A stretch of DNA of 63,208 bases, the filler included, from Sphacelaria rigidula (lineage: Eukaryota), in NCBI GenBank assembly GCA_964200075.2. It is 11 parts of 11 records of this genome, joined end to end, with 100 filler letters (N's around TTAATTAATTAA, not from the genome) between each part and the next. Parts side by side here need not be neighbours in the genome. Positions count along the whole stretch, not along the records: positions 11,513 to 17,168 come from CAXNAA020025505.1; positions 17,269 to 22,923 come from CAXNAA020025506.1; positions 23,024 to 28,678 come from CAXNAA020025507.1; 8 more parts are not named here. The stretch is one strand, 5' to 3'. Numbering within the stretch: the first letter of the stretch is position 1; every line of letters starts with the position of its first letter. The translations under genes and the position numbers were made by a program. The notes below the pieces were generated by a model. The model had not been told where the DNA came from. It saw nothing but the letters and a program-made list of their open reading frames with translations, and searched no databases. Of this stretch, positions 11,594-23,089 are shown one piece after another.

Positions 11594-13860
11594 ACGCACG
11601 CGAAGAATCTCGCGAAATGGCAACGGATAACGCCGTGAGTGCTCTGGGAAACCTCTTGGAGGCATTGCGAGATAGCCTTTGCACGCCAGGATCGGAGGTT
11701 GGGGCGGAGGAGGTGGGACGGGGGTGGGACTTGTGGCTGGGGTACATGCCCTTGGGCTCAGACGAAGAAGAGGCAGAGAAGGCGAGTATTCTGGAAGTGG
11801 GGGGAGGGGTTGCTTCAATATACATCGAGTACGTACGGGTCCCACTGCAGTGCGGTCGGTCCCATTTGAGTGCGATCGAGATTACGACACAATGAGATGA
11901 AGTGTGTGCATTACATCAAACGACTAAGGCAAGCAAAAAAATGAGTACGCCCTCCTCCTTCCCGCTTCGCGCTTGGTGATTGTTTTGCTACCCTGATCCG
12001 GTGAAAACCCGGCGTGCTCCGGCCCGGCTTCGTAGGGATGCGAGTTCAATGGCTATAGGACTATGGTATGCAATATCATTAGTACCCGCCCCCCCCCAGC
12101 CCTTTTCACAGCCTAGCCCATGTGGTGGATGTATACGGCGAATATGTGCGACATAGCATAGCGAAGTCTTTTTTTGCTCATGTAAAATTGCTTTGCCTTG
12201 CTTTGCTTCGCTTGTGCAGGTGGCTGAGCAGCTATGTCGACTGATGACGGTGTCGACCCAACAAGACCTGGTAGCCTTGCTTGGCGGGCGATTAGAGCGA
12301 CTCCCTCTTGCTATCGCTGCCTTGGCTGAGGTAAGGATTTTGGACAAGAAAAAAAATCGACTGCGTCGTCGTCCCATGTATTCTGAACGCCGGTCTACAC
12401 GTTTCGGTATATGTGGGCGCTGTACCAGCCAGGGTCACACAGGGGAAGGTCAACACGTTTATTTATTTTTTCCGTGCGCTAAAGCAAGAAGAGATTATGA
12501 CACACTAATTCGGGGTTCAGGCAAAAAATACTTGACTGTATGCTAAAAATTGAGAAGTTCTGAGGCAACCATGCGAGGTTGAGGCGGTTCCCTGGTACCC
12601 CCAAGCGTACGGACTTTACCCTACAGTACGTAATTGCCGTTAGACGGAGCCTTTGCGAAGGTCGCGCCACGAGTTTGTTGTCTGCAGTTTGAGCCTGGAT
12701 TTTACCCCGGCGGAGCCGCCCGTGCACAACACGACCGGATTTGGATTTTTTTGTTATGGTTGACGGTTGTGCCCATGGAGGACGTTGCTGTACTTCTTTT
12801 TTTCGCTGGTGCAAAAGGTTACAGTTTGGCATGACCATCATCGCGGACTGGGTTGGACTAGCACTACTTCTGCACCGCGGCGCGGCGCGTCGACTCTACT
12901 ATTGGCCAAAAGTGGACTGATGTTTTTTCACACCCTGGAGAAGAGAATACACAGTCAAAAAGTGTACTGCGTACAGTATCGACTCTTGCCCCTATTGCAA
13001 TAGACAAACGATTCCATACTGTACGCAGTACATTTTTTGTTCAATGGAATCTCTTGTCCAGGGTGTGATTTTTCTACAAACTCACGTGCTCATCTGAGCA
13101 GACACAAAAGGAAGAGAAAAGTGTCAATATAGGCACCTGGCGGAATTCGAGGTGTCAATTTTTTCCTGGCGTGAGCAATTACGTGGACCATTAGACCATT
13201 AAACAGGCCACCGAGGCGCGGCAACATTCAATGGTGGAAAAAAAACGTTTGTCACCCTGCCTCTCCCTCTCCTCCCCCCGTTGCTTCATCATAATGCTAC
13301 TGTAGCTAATCGTATGTTCGTTCTTTTTTTTTGTCGTTATCTAATCTATTATTGTCGTCCCCTCGTCCCGAAAAATCTGTTTTTGAATTCGATTGGTGTT
13401 TGAAAAAATCCTACCAGTGTTTCTCAGACGTACGTCAAATGTCGCTCACTACGGCTATCTTCGTTTATGAATTGATGTATTCATTTTGTCTTGCCCTCTG
13501 TCAAAAAAATACAATCCAACCATCCATCCTTAATCAACCTTTGATTAATTAATTGTAATATTTCAATTTATTCACTCATTTATTCATCTATTCATCTCTT
13601 CATGTATTTATTTATCCATCTACTTATTTTTTAATGATTGTTTTTCATTTTTTACTTATTGCTGTCATGATCAGATGGCCGGCAACGAGCTGGTCAGCGC
13701 CGAAGCTCGTCGATCGATAGGCCAGACTGTGCTCTCCTTGCATCGAGGGCATGCCAACCGTCTGCCCGCGGAATCGGTGTCCGCCGCGCTGGAGGGGCTG
13801 GGGGCGGAGCAACGGAGCTGGCTGGATGCCGCAGCGGCTGAGTGTTCCCGAGGGGTGTAG
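11594..13860 (+). CDS. IPO5: Importin-5 / karyopherin-beta3-like protein, last three exons (11594-11781, 12220-12330, 13675-13860)
   Basis: The spliced product ATDNAVSALGNLL...WLGYMPLGSDEEEAEK|VAEQLCRL...LLGGRLERLPLAIAALAE|...ALEGLGAEQRSWL parallels the importin-5 C-terminus as I recall it (ATENCISAVGKI..WLSWLPL..D.EEA...LCDL...LG....LP.I...AE...QL..EQQ). Both junctions are phase 0; stop at 13860. Confidence 0.8.
11990..12095 (-). repeat. G-tract-anchored dispersed repeat, family B (other copies approx. 28608-28678+, 34380-34433+, 40132-40182+, 47884-47990-, 50203-50295+)
   Basis: Consensus read from the copies: Gn-TACTCATGATCATGCATGCCATAGTCATCAGACCATTGACCTCGCATCCCTACGAAGCCGGGACGGAGCACGCCGGGTTTTCGCCGGATCAGG. 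Confidence 0.85.
12929..13067. mobile_element. Small MITE with CACACCCTGG termini, intronic (related copy from ~15205)
   Basis: CACACCCTGGAGAAGAG ... CTCTTGTCCAGGGTGTG termini with internal inverted TGTACTGCGTACAGTAT arms. Confidence 0.7.
13090..13220 (-). repeat. Possible degenerate head of a second tRNA-like SINE
   Basis: Minus strand CGCCTCGGTGGCC...TGG and TCGAATTCCGCC resemble decayed A and B boxes. Confidence 0.3.
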
Positions 13861-13898
13861 ATGTCTCGACCCACTTCTTTCCGTGCGTCAAAGATATT

Positions 13899-14023
13899 AG
13901 AGAGTTTCGGAAAACAAAAATAGGCCAGAAAACTCAGAGATAGTTATCGTTTGGTTGAATTTAGTAAGAAGACGCAATTTATCCCCGAGTTTTCGGCTCA
14001 AAATTTTGGTTTCCGAAACTCTA
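13899..14023. mobile_element. Short Harbinger-like MITE remnant just 3' of the importin stop codon
   Basis: AGAGAGTTTCGGAAAAC ... GGTTTCCGAAACTCT inverted ends, the same terminus as the element at 53820-55504. Confidence 0.5.
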
Positions 14024-16686
14024 TTGTCGGAATCCTGTGTCGTCGTGAACAGATTTTCAGAAGTGTTGCGGCACCTCCTGGGCGGCAACAGATATTTGAT
14101 CCAGTCCTGTGTTTTTTTTTTAGGGGGGGGGGAGTCTCTGGATACTGATAGCCGTTTCCAGACAGCGAGATTTTTCCTAATCTCTTGGAGAAAATCCGTC
14201 AGTTCTCGAACTTTTTTTCTGTCTGGAAAGTAACATTCCATCACGCACACCTCGCACACTGCACCCGCAGGGTAGGGAGGGGGAGGGGGGGGGAGAGAAA
14301 TCCGTAAGCAGACGCAATGGTGTCACCCCGATCTCGTCAAGACCTCCGGAGTTTCAGACGGATCGAAGTTTCCAAGGTTGTGCTCTCCTTAGAGCATACG
14401 GGCTGAAATCTGGGTGTTCACAGAAGTATTGAAAAAAGCAAGAGGCGGTGTTTTTTTTTTTTCCCATCGGTGAAAACCTGTAAGGTTCGTACCGATAAGT
14501 GTTAGGAACGGGGTTCGATTTTCTCCCGAATCATACCCGAATGATGGATACACATGTCGGTTGTGGTTTATTAATATCATAGTATGCCAGCCGAAAATTC
14601 CTCTTCTTCCGAGTATGATGCCATTCAGTACATAACAGAATAGAACACAACCTTCGGGAGATTCAGTGCACCATCGAGTGTTGCCAGCCGACTTTTTTTT
14701 TTTGTTATTCGTCCAGCGTAATAAATCGAGGCATCTATAATTAATCTACAGTTAAGCTTGGTCTAACAGCGTGTAGCATGTACTCGTACGTTAAGTTCGC
14801 GTTATTAGCAAACAATAGTCAGATCCACATTTTTCAGCGCTTGATGTAGCTTGAAATTTGAGACTTTTGTTCTCGCCCCTCTTCCTTCCTTCCTGCCTGC
14901 CTGCCTGCCTGCCTGCCTACCTTTATTTATTTATTTTTTCGTGCACCTGAGTTTAGTAGGCTTTTTGATGGACATCGGGTCTGCGTAGAATATGGTGTTT
15001 AGCGAATATGTTGACCGCCAGAAGTCTGCTTTTTTTTTAATACCATCTGCGCGCAGGTGTGCAGAAAGTTGGGTGACGGTGCACGTGTACTGTTAGTTGT
15101 GATGTCGTGGTTCCATACTTTGGAATTCCTTTCGTGGCGCGGATGATCGAGATGTGTGTGTGTGTGTATTTTGGTGAGATGAAGTCCTTGATTCTGGTTG
15201 TTATCACACCCTGGAGAAGAGATCAAATTTTCTCGTCGAGAAAAGTGTGCTGCGTGCAGGCAGTATCGTCGACTATTGCGTGTCTATTGCGATATGATAA
15301 TTGATTTTCCGTACTGTACGCAGTACATTACGCACGGTAAAAGAAGTGCGACAATCAATCGAAAATCGATCAGTATCGGCTACTGCAGCTATTTTGCAGT
15401 AGACAATTGACTGCCCGTACTGTACGCAGTGCTCTGCGTACGGTATCGACTGTTGCGTCTGCTGCAAAATAGACGGAATAAGTTCCATGCTGTTGTACGC
15501 ATTTCAATCTTTTGTCGAGGACGTGGTGTTTTTGCATGTTGAATCCCGTCTCCTGCGGGGTCCCGTCTCCTGTTTTATTCCGTTCTCGTAGTGTTTTTAG
15601 CTACACATCTTATCATATAATATCCTCGATTTTGAGCAAGTGAGGGTAAGGGCGGTCGGGGGGGGGCAGCCGATGCTTTCCAAGGGGTCGGACACACGAT
15701 GATCCCGTCTGCAAAATTTGCTGCATTTATTGTTTTTGATTCGCACCCTACAAATCAATGCTTACTTGGGGCTTTGTGTTCAGGGTTGCACCCCCAGGTA
15801 AGGCACGTGGAACAGGGCATAACTTGGCGCAAGGCGTGTTCAGTCGCCCGCGATCAACTTTTTGTTTTTGTTTTCATATCTTGCGATCAATCAGGCCTCA
15901 TACTCATAAATCGTAGATTTTGGTGATTAGGACCGGTGATTATTCATTCTTTCATGCGACCCCCCCCCCCATCCCATTGAAAGTTTTCGCACATGTACTA
16001 CTTGCTGATAGTTGTTGTCGGCTGCATCATCGGTACTGCATATGCCCCTGTACGCCCTTGGACTAGAATGATCTGATCTGATCTGATGGGTTGTGACTGT
16101 GACACGTGAACGAGGTGTACGTGGTACATCTGTATCTATGATCTCTCTCTCTCTATATATATATATATTTATACATGTGGTGTTGGTTTTTCTGTACCGA
16201 TAGAGGCCCCGGAGAAGTAGGTGGGTGCGGGTATAACCGCGTGTAGGGGCTGCTGCTGCTGCTGCTGCCGCTGCTGCTGCTGCTGCTGCTGTCAGGGGAG
16301 AAGTGCATGTGTGTGTGTTCGTGTGTTTGTGTAGGATGCGAGTTTTTGTTCACGCGAGTGTTTTCCCCGTCGCGGATGATTCCTGTGTCGGTCTGGTATG
16401 TGTGTGAGCGAATGGAGTTTGGTGTAGAGGTATCATTATCGTGGTGGAACACAATAAGCACAAGATGTAGCCGCAGGGGGGGGGGGGGGTCGCGTTATCT
16501 TTTGTGTCTTACTCATGAGGGCTTTTNNNNNNNNNNGCGTGTGGGGGTGGGGGGGGGTGGGGGGGGTTGTGGGGGGGGTGGGGGGGTGGGGTGGAGGAGG
16601 GGTTCGGGGGGGGGGGAGGGGGGGGGGGGTATTCATCTGTTGCTTGCCTTGGCGGTTAGTTGTCTGACCACTGACCACGCATATGA

Positions 16687-17099
16687 AGCGTGGTTTTACA
16701 AATTGAGGATGGTATTTTTTATTAGGGATGAAAATCTGGAGCATCAAAATCTTCGAAAAATGGTTCATTTTCTTCGCTTCCTGGTTGCTATCGACAACTA
16801 CTGCACGCCATACGAATCTGGATTTCGATAACGGAAACGTTGGGGATCCCCCGTGAAAAAACAATTCTGGCGTTCGATCGGATCACCCCCAATTCCCCCA
16901 AATCGGTTTTCAACTAGGGCCCCAACGTTTTGGTTATCGAGATCCTAATTCCTATGATGTGCAGTAGTTGTCAATAGCTACCAGCAAGTGACGAAATGGG
17001 AGAATATTTCGAAGATTTGGTGTGGATACGAATGTTTTAATTCTTCGTGTTCTCATCCTCAATGAAAAAACCCATCCCTAATTTGTAAAATCCCGTGTT
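16687..17099. mobile_element. Palindromic MITE of the AACACGGGATCTTACAAA family, diverged copy
   Basis: TTACAAATTGAGGATGG ... CCCATCCCTAATTTGTAAAATCCCGTGTT; homologous to the copies at 33258, 37580 and 49787. Confidence 0.8.
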
Positions 17100-17709
17100 C
17101 AGGGGGAGGGGGGGGGGGGCGTACTCATTTGTTGCTTGCCTTAGTCATTTGACCATTGACCACGCATCNNNNNNNNNNNNNNNNNNNNNNNNNNNNNNNN
17201 NNNNNNNNNNNNTTAATTAATTAANNNNNNNNNNNNNNNNNNNNNNNNNNNNNNNNNNNNNNNNNNNNCGGACGCACTTTCTTTGAAGAAAAAAATGGAG
17301 AGAAAACCTCAGTGAAAAATTGGCTGACTGATCAGTAGTCTAGTTGGTAGTCTCTTGAACCGTCACAATACGAAGATTTTAATCCTCCGGGTTCTCGTCC
17401 TCAACGAAAAGCTCCATCCTCAGTTCCGATAATCGGCTGTCCATTGGCGGTACGGTGTGCGCGAAGTGGTCGACAAATTCCGTGATTGAAGAAATACCTG
17501 GTTCAACTCAAGAATATATTCGGATAATTCGAGGGCTGACGGTACCAGATTCCCACGGCGTATGCAGGGCGCATTGTTGTGCAAATGGGTGCCGATTTGA
17601 TTCATTCCGACACACGCGTTTGCCGAGGTCACCATATACACACCCCTTTCCTTTGAGGCTTCGGTGTACGTTTGGCTGAGGACGGGATGAGGCTTAGCCT
17701 CAGGGTTTA

Positions 17710-18260
17710 CAGTAGTGGGCGGTCTAACTATTCAGCGGGATTTGGGAGTTTTCCTCGCGTTCAACTCTTCGATAGAACTCGAAATTGCTACTGTAGCGTC
17801 GGCAGATTTTGGTACAATAAACAGATCACCCTCGAAACATAGTGTCCAAGTCAGTGGTAGTTGGTGTTATCGGGCGGAACGAGTAAATACCCCGTTCATC
17901 AGGAGGGTGTTATTGATCTTGAAACACAGTTTCTTGACTCTAGTGCAATGAGTAGGCAGAATTTCAAACAAATAAAACTGTACATTTTTTTACAAATATG
18001 ACCGGGACAGGCTCGATCGACCGAAAATACCGAAGAGTAAGAATCTGGGCTGAAACGTGGCAGGACCCCCGATGAACGGTCAGCCCGTAAATCACTCAAT
18101 CTTGAGTACAGATTTTTTTTCTTGGGATGTGGAGCGGATACCAATATCTTCAGGTCCTCAATGTGATAAGCGGTGACAAGCGAAAAGAGCCCAACAAAAT
18201 CGCCAATTACGAAGAGATCACAAAATGCCTCAAAATGAATAGTTAGACCGCCCACTACTG
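17710..18260. mobile_element. Non-autonomous Tc1/mariner-type element (MITE)
   Basis: Perfect terminal inverted repeat CAGTAGTGGGCGGTCTAACTATTCA / TGAATAGTTAGACCGCCCACTACTG, flanked by TA on both sides. Confidence 0.85.
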
Positions 18261-18989
18261 TAGTGAAAACAAAATGTACTTCCAACCATGGAATTTCGAT
18301 CAACCAGTTGTATATAGATTGGTCTGTGCCCGGGGCGCTTCCAATTTCAATTTATTTCGGTGTTTGTGACGTTGCGGTCTTGGATCGCGGTGGTGAAACC
18401 GTATTGGTCTCGGCTGGGCCCTTGTTAGAAGTGGCTCTAAAAAACAGTTCGGCCGCACGCACCCGGGGTATGGTGATGTGCCGTTGCACGGAAGCGTCAA
18501 GTTGTATTGAAGCATAACCTGTGTTCGTGTTATCGCCGTCACCTTACATTCGCAAGGGCCCGCAGCAAGTCGGTGCTGAGACGCGAGCTATTTCCCGGCA
18601 AATTCCCGCTAGGTCGTCCCGCACTAGTCCCAGCCACTACCATGCCTGTTTTCAGGTACACGTACAAAACTTGCTTCCCGGTATGCCATAGAATATAAGT
18701 TGCAAAGTGCTGTTTCTCGGGAAGACAGGAGACAACGGCAAGCGTCAAGCAGCTGCACGTTGGGCTGAGGGGCCTCATATCGGGAAATGACGGCACGATC
18801 CCCCCCCCCCAGGTCGCCCAAACCTCATTCTGGGGCCGCAGGAGGGGAAGGGGGAGGGGCCCCCGGGTACCCTATTTGAGGAGGGGGGTACCCCCCTGAT
18901 CGATTGATGATGGCGATAGCAGTTGCTGTGTGTGCGCGCATCGTTCTTAAAACGCACATCCATCTATTTAAAATATGCTTCTCGCTGCT

Positions 18990-20105
18990 GTGTTCGACAC
19001 TGTGTACACCGTGTACCAACCGCAGCGTGACGCCTTCGGTGGTACTACCTGCTCGTTGCGCGGCGGTAGGGTGCAGGGTGACAAAGCACACCGCAGGACG
19101 TCACATCCTTAGCCTATTGCTGTCCTGCATTGATTTCGCGCTGTCCTATGCAGTTCGCCACATCATGAACGCAGTCGCTTGTACGTGCTGCCAACGTGTA
19201 CGCGGGATATCACCCCTCGCTATCCGCTATATCGCTACGCCACATTTTGTAAAGCTGTCCGTGTTGCAGCTACAGTGTGCGTTTGCCCCAGGTGGCGCAC
19301 GCAGGAGTGAAAGGCCGACTCCGCCGCTGTAATGGCTGCCTACCTAGAAAAACTCCTGCGTTGGCCTTCCTCCTGTGTGACGCCGGCTAGTGCGCCCACA
19401 TATACCGAAAGGTGGAGACCGGCGTCCAGAATAGATGGGACGACAACACACACAACACACTGTGTGCAGTACACTTTTAACATTGTGTTCGTATCGACTG
19501 TAGAAACCATTGTCCAGGGTCTGGTTCATGTCCACATATAATGCAGGGTCTGGTACATATCCACATGTAATGTTACTCAGTGAGATCGTCAAAAAATCCG
19601 CAACATCTTGGCGAACTGCAGGTGAGGCAATCGCCGAAATACTCACCTGAAAACTCTGCTCAGGTGCACTGTAAGTTTATATCGCTAGAAGGACACTACT
19701 ATAACCACACTGTGAGACTGTCAGGACATAGGACCCGCTAGCAGTGTTACTGTCTGTACGGGGATGCTGCCCCCTTGTCGGGTACGTGGGGAAAGGTCCG
19801 TGGCAGAACGCAGTGGTTGCGTCAAGCAGCTGCACGCTGGGCGTTCTCACTCAAGCCTTGGATTTGGAGGATGATACTAGGTAGGCAGCAACAACTGTTG
19901 TGTGTCCAGGTGCCCCTCGGAGAAAGATGCGTTTGGTTCCTGTTTGACAAAGTTTTCCCCAAAAAACGAAATCAATAGGGGTTTTAGAGTGGAAAATATA
20001 GCAAAAAAAAGTCGCATAAAATCGAGTCGCATAAAATCGAGTCGCAAAAATTCGCTTAATCGATTTGTTACCCAGAGCAGGAACCATATTCACCTCGTGA
20101 AAATG
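18990..20105 (+). repeat. ~1.1-kb non-coding dispersed repeat, copy 1 (copy 2 at ~27050-28200)
   Basis: Colinear similarity along the whole length, e.g. GGGTGCAGGGTGACAAAGCACACCGCAGGACGT, CGCTAGAAGGACACTAC, TTTGGAGGATGATACTA and GGGGTTTTAGAGTGGAAAA. Confidence 0.9.
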
Positions 20106-20462
20106 AAAAACGCATCATAAAACACTTGGCCATGCACACGACTACCCCATTGCCAACCCAAACAAGATCCATGAAAGCCACGGGCCAAAAAGACGCCCGC
20201 GCGCCTATACCTGAATCATGCAAATAGACAGAGGCAACATGCATATTTCCTCTCCAAGCGCCGCTCGATGCTGCACCTACGCTCATCACGAACGCCCTCC
20301 CCGCGGTATGATAATAATTCGAAAAACCTATTGTCTAGATATTTCGAATGGTATAATAGACACCATGATATCTGCATGATCTGAAATGGCCCAAACATTC
20401 TAACTGATACCCTGGTCCCGGCGAATCCCATTCATGGAACATGGAGGTAAAACACGCATATC

Positions 20463-21069
20463 TCAAGATTCCCCCCACTCTGCTCCCACTCCAGCACCGA
20501 CACCTACGTGATCTGAGTATTCCAGAGCCCCTGAGCAACCTATGATTTCTGCGTCCACTAGCGATGGGGGAGAGCTTGCATGTCGACACCAAGGCGACAG
20601 AGCAGATCGAACATACTCCTGAGAGCGCCCACCGTGTCCGTCCGTGGATCTACCCATCACGGCCATTGTAGAAAGGTCATCTTCGCGTGTGTAAGACGGC
20701 TTTTTCAAGTATGCCGATGTCGACGATGGAACGCCATCATAGTTTTCGGGAGCCTCGAAATTATTGCAGTTCTTGGTAGCATCGGTCCCACTTATTGACG
20801 GTCGTTTCGCTGATGCTGTCTTTGAAATCCTCCCGACCGCGCCATTTGCGGTTGCGGGCTTGGTTCTGTGCTGGTGAATTTTCGAGTAGTGCTGATTGTC
20901 AAAAGCTCGTGATGAGAGACTAGTAATGCCACCGAGAGCATTTCCACGGCTTCTCTCACGATTGCTGCTCATGGGCAGAGCTGACGCGCTTACTTGTGAC
21001 GTCCTATCTCTGTTCAAATGTGTCTGCGATTTCTGCTGCTGCTGTTGTTGCTGCTGCTGCTGTTGCTGC

Positions 21070-21115
<46 letters not shown>

Positions 21116-21320
21116 CGTATCTTTTGTCGCTCCCTGCAGCAGCAATTGTGTGGTGTTTCACTGCTTTCCCCGCTAGATCAGTCGCCTGTATAATGTCACT
21201 ACTCTTCAAGCCAGTAAGCTGATGGCATGCTTTTTGGCTGAGTGAGTATATCCACCTCGCGTCTTCGTCAGGAGGGGGAATGGTCGGGGCTATGCACGGC
21301 TCGCTCCCAGGAAAATTGTC
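20463..21320 (-). CDS. Probable terminal exon of an unknown low-complexity protein with a polyQ tract
   Basis: Open frame of 286 codons downstream of a pyrimidine-rich acceptor (..CCTACTTTCCTGCGCAG); mixed CAG/CAA polyQ at ~21033-21113. A possible upstream exon lies at ~21710-21906, but its phase is unresolved. Confidence 0.5.
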
Positions 21321-22820
21321 CTGCGCAGGAAAGTAGGTGAGGCAGACAGGCAGAAGTCAAGGAAGGGGATTGCGAGTTAGCAACGGAGAACGGAAGGGAA
21401 ACATCTGTGCCAAACCAGTGAAACGAATGACTCCCTTCGTGTATTTATAGTATTTCTTCAAAATCATGTATTCTGGTGAAGTGGTCGCCACAAACTCCCT
21501 GCGCTTTGACGGCACACGGAGAGGCGTGTGCTTACATAGTTGTGGATCAGAGAACAAACCGGAAAAAATACTGGGGAGACGAACCAGCAAACATGGTATC
21601 GCCCAAACATGGTCTCACCAACCATGATTATAACCGAACCTATCACATAAACTGCTTGTCTAATTCACGCGTTGATCAACCCTAACTCAGGCACAAAACC
21701 GTTTCAGAACCTTTTCGAAATTTGTCTTTGCTCTCCTCGTGGGAGTCTCAAACCCTTCGATCCACCACCAACCGCTTCCGTACTAGTGGCAGGGAACATC
21801 AGCTCTCCCACTGAAATGTATGAATCCGCCCACTTCCTTGAATTTAATCCGATAAGAATAAGCTCACGAGAAAGGTGCCGGCTAGTTGTTGCTTCAATCA
21901 TGTTTCCTGACGGTAGCCCAGTGTGGTACTACCGCACGTAGCAGTGAAAGGTTTCGTGAATCCTTGCCGAATATACCGACGGCGGGTGAGAATGCTGTCG
22001 CCAATAAGGTACCCGTGCCGAGCGTCATATATGTGAAGTGAAGTCAGTCTTGATAAATTGGACAGTGGACAAAAAGGGGTGCCCCCCCCCGCAACCTCCG
22101 ACTTATGGTCAAAAGGCGGTACATAGGATGTTTCCGAAAGAGAGGGCAAACCGTGGGCGCGGTAGCTACAAACTTGGTTGTAAACTTTATATCAAACTTG
22201 AACTCTGTAGGACACTCGAGCAATCGCAACACTATACAAGGCATGGTTATTTACCAAGGCGGGCTACCGGTTGGGTGACCTTGCGAGTGAGTGATGCCAC
22301 CGTAGGGTTGCACGAAAAAACAATCCCACTTGAATTATTAGGAGCCTTGTATCGCATCCAGGAAACCACTCGTAAAATATGAAAGCACACCACGGTTGGC
22401 ATTCCATGGGGCCGGGGGTATCTCGAATGAGCTCTTAAACGGGAATGTCCTGACCCATATTCTTGTGAAACTCACAACTACTAGGGCTCATCACTGAGAA
22501 TCAGCTGGGCCCAAAGGTGGCATCCCTACCGGGGCATGACTGTTGCACCTCCCCCTTTTTGTGCTTAGCGTGAACCCTCGTCCATCTTCACTGATGTTGG
22601 GGGGTGTCCCTTTGCCTGCCATTCATTTGTGTAATTATGTAGCTCTTTTTGTTCATTTGAAGTCGAGCTAGGCGCGCATGCGTGACTGGAAGTCTTCATG
22701 TGAATGTTTTACATCAAAATGGGCAAACAGCAAGGAATAATTCGATTATGTTTTGCCTTGGAAGTACACGTCCACTGCACCCTGACCCAGCCCAATTCCG
22801 GCACCAACGCGAAGAATCTA

Positions 22821-22851
<31 letters not shown>

Positions 22852-23089
22852 TGTGTGTGTGTATTGTCGTCCCATCTATTCTGGGCGCCGGTCTACACCT
22901 TTCGGTATATGTGGGCGCACCAGNNNNNNNNNNNNNNNNNNNNNNNNNNNNNNNNNNNNNNNNNNNNTTAATTAATTAANNNNNNNNNNNNNNNNNNNNN
23001 NNNNNNNNNNNNNNNNNNNNNNNTGACTAAGGCAAGCAACAAATGAGTACGCCCCCCCTCCCCTCCCCCCCCCCCTTCCGGCGGGGGGC

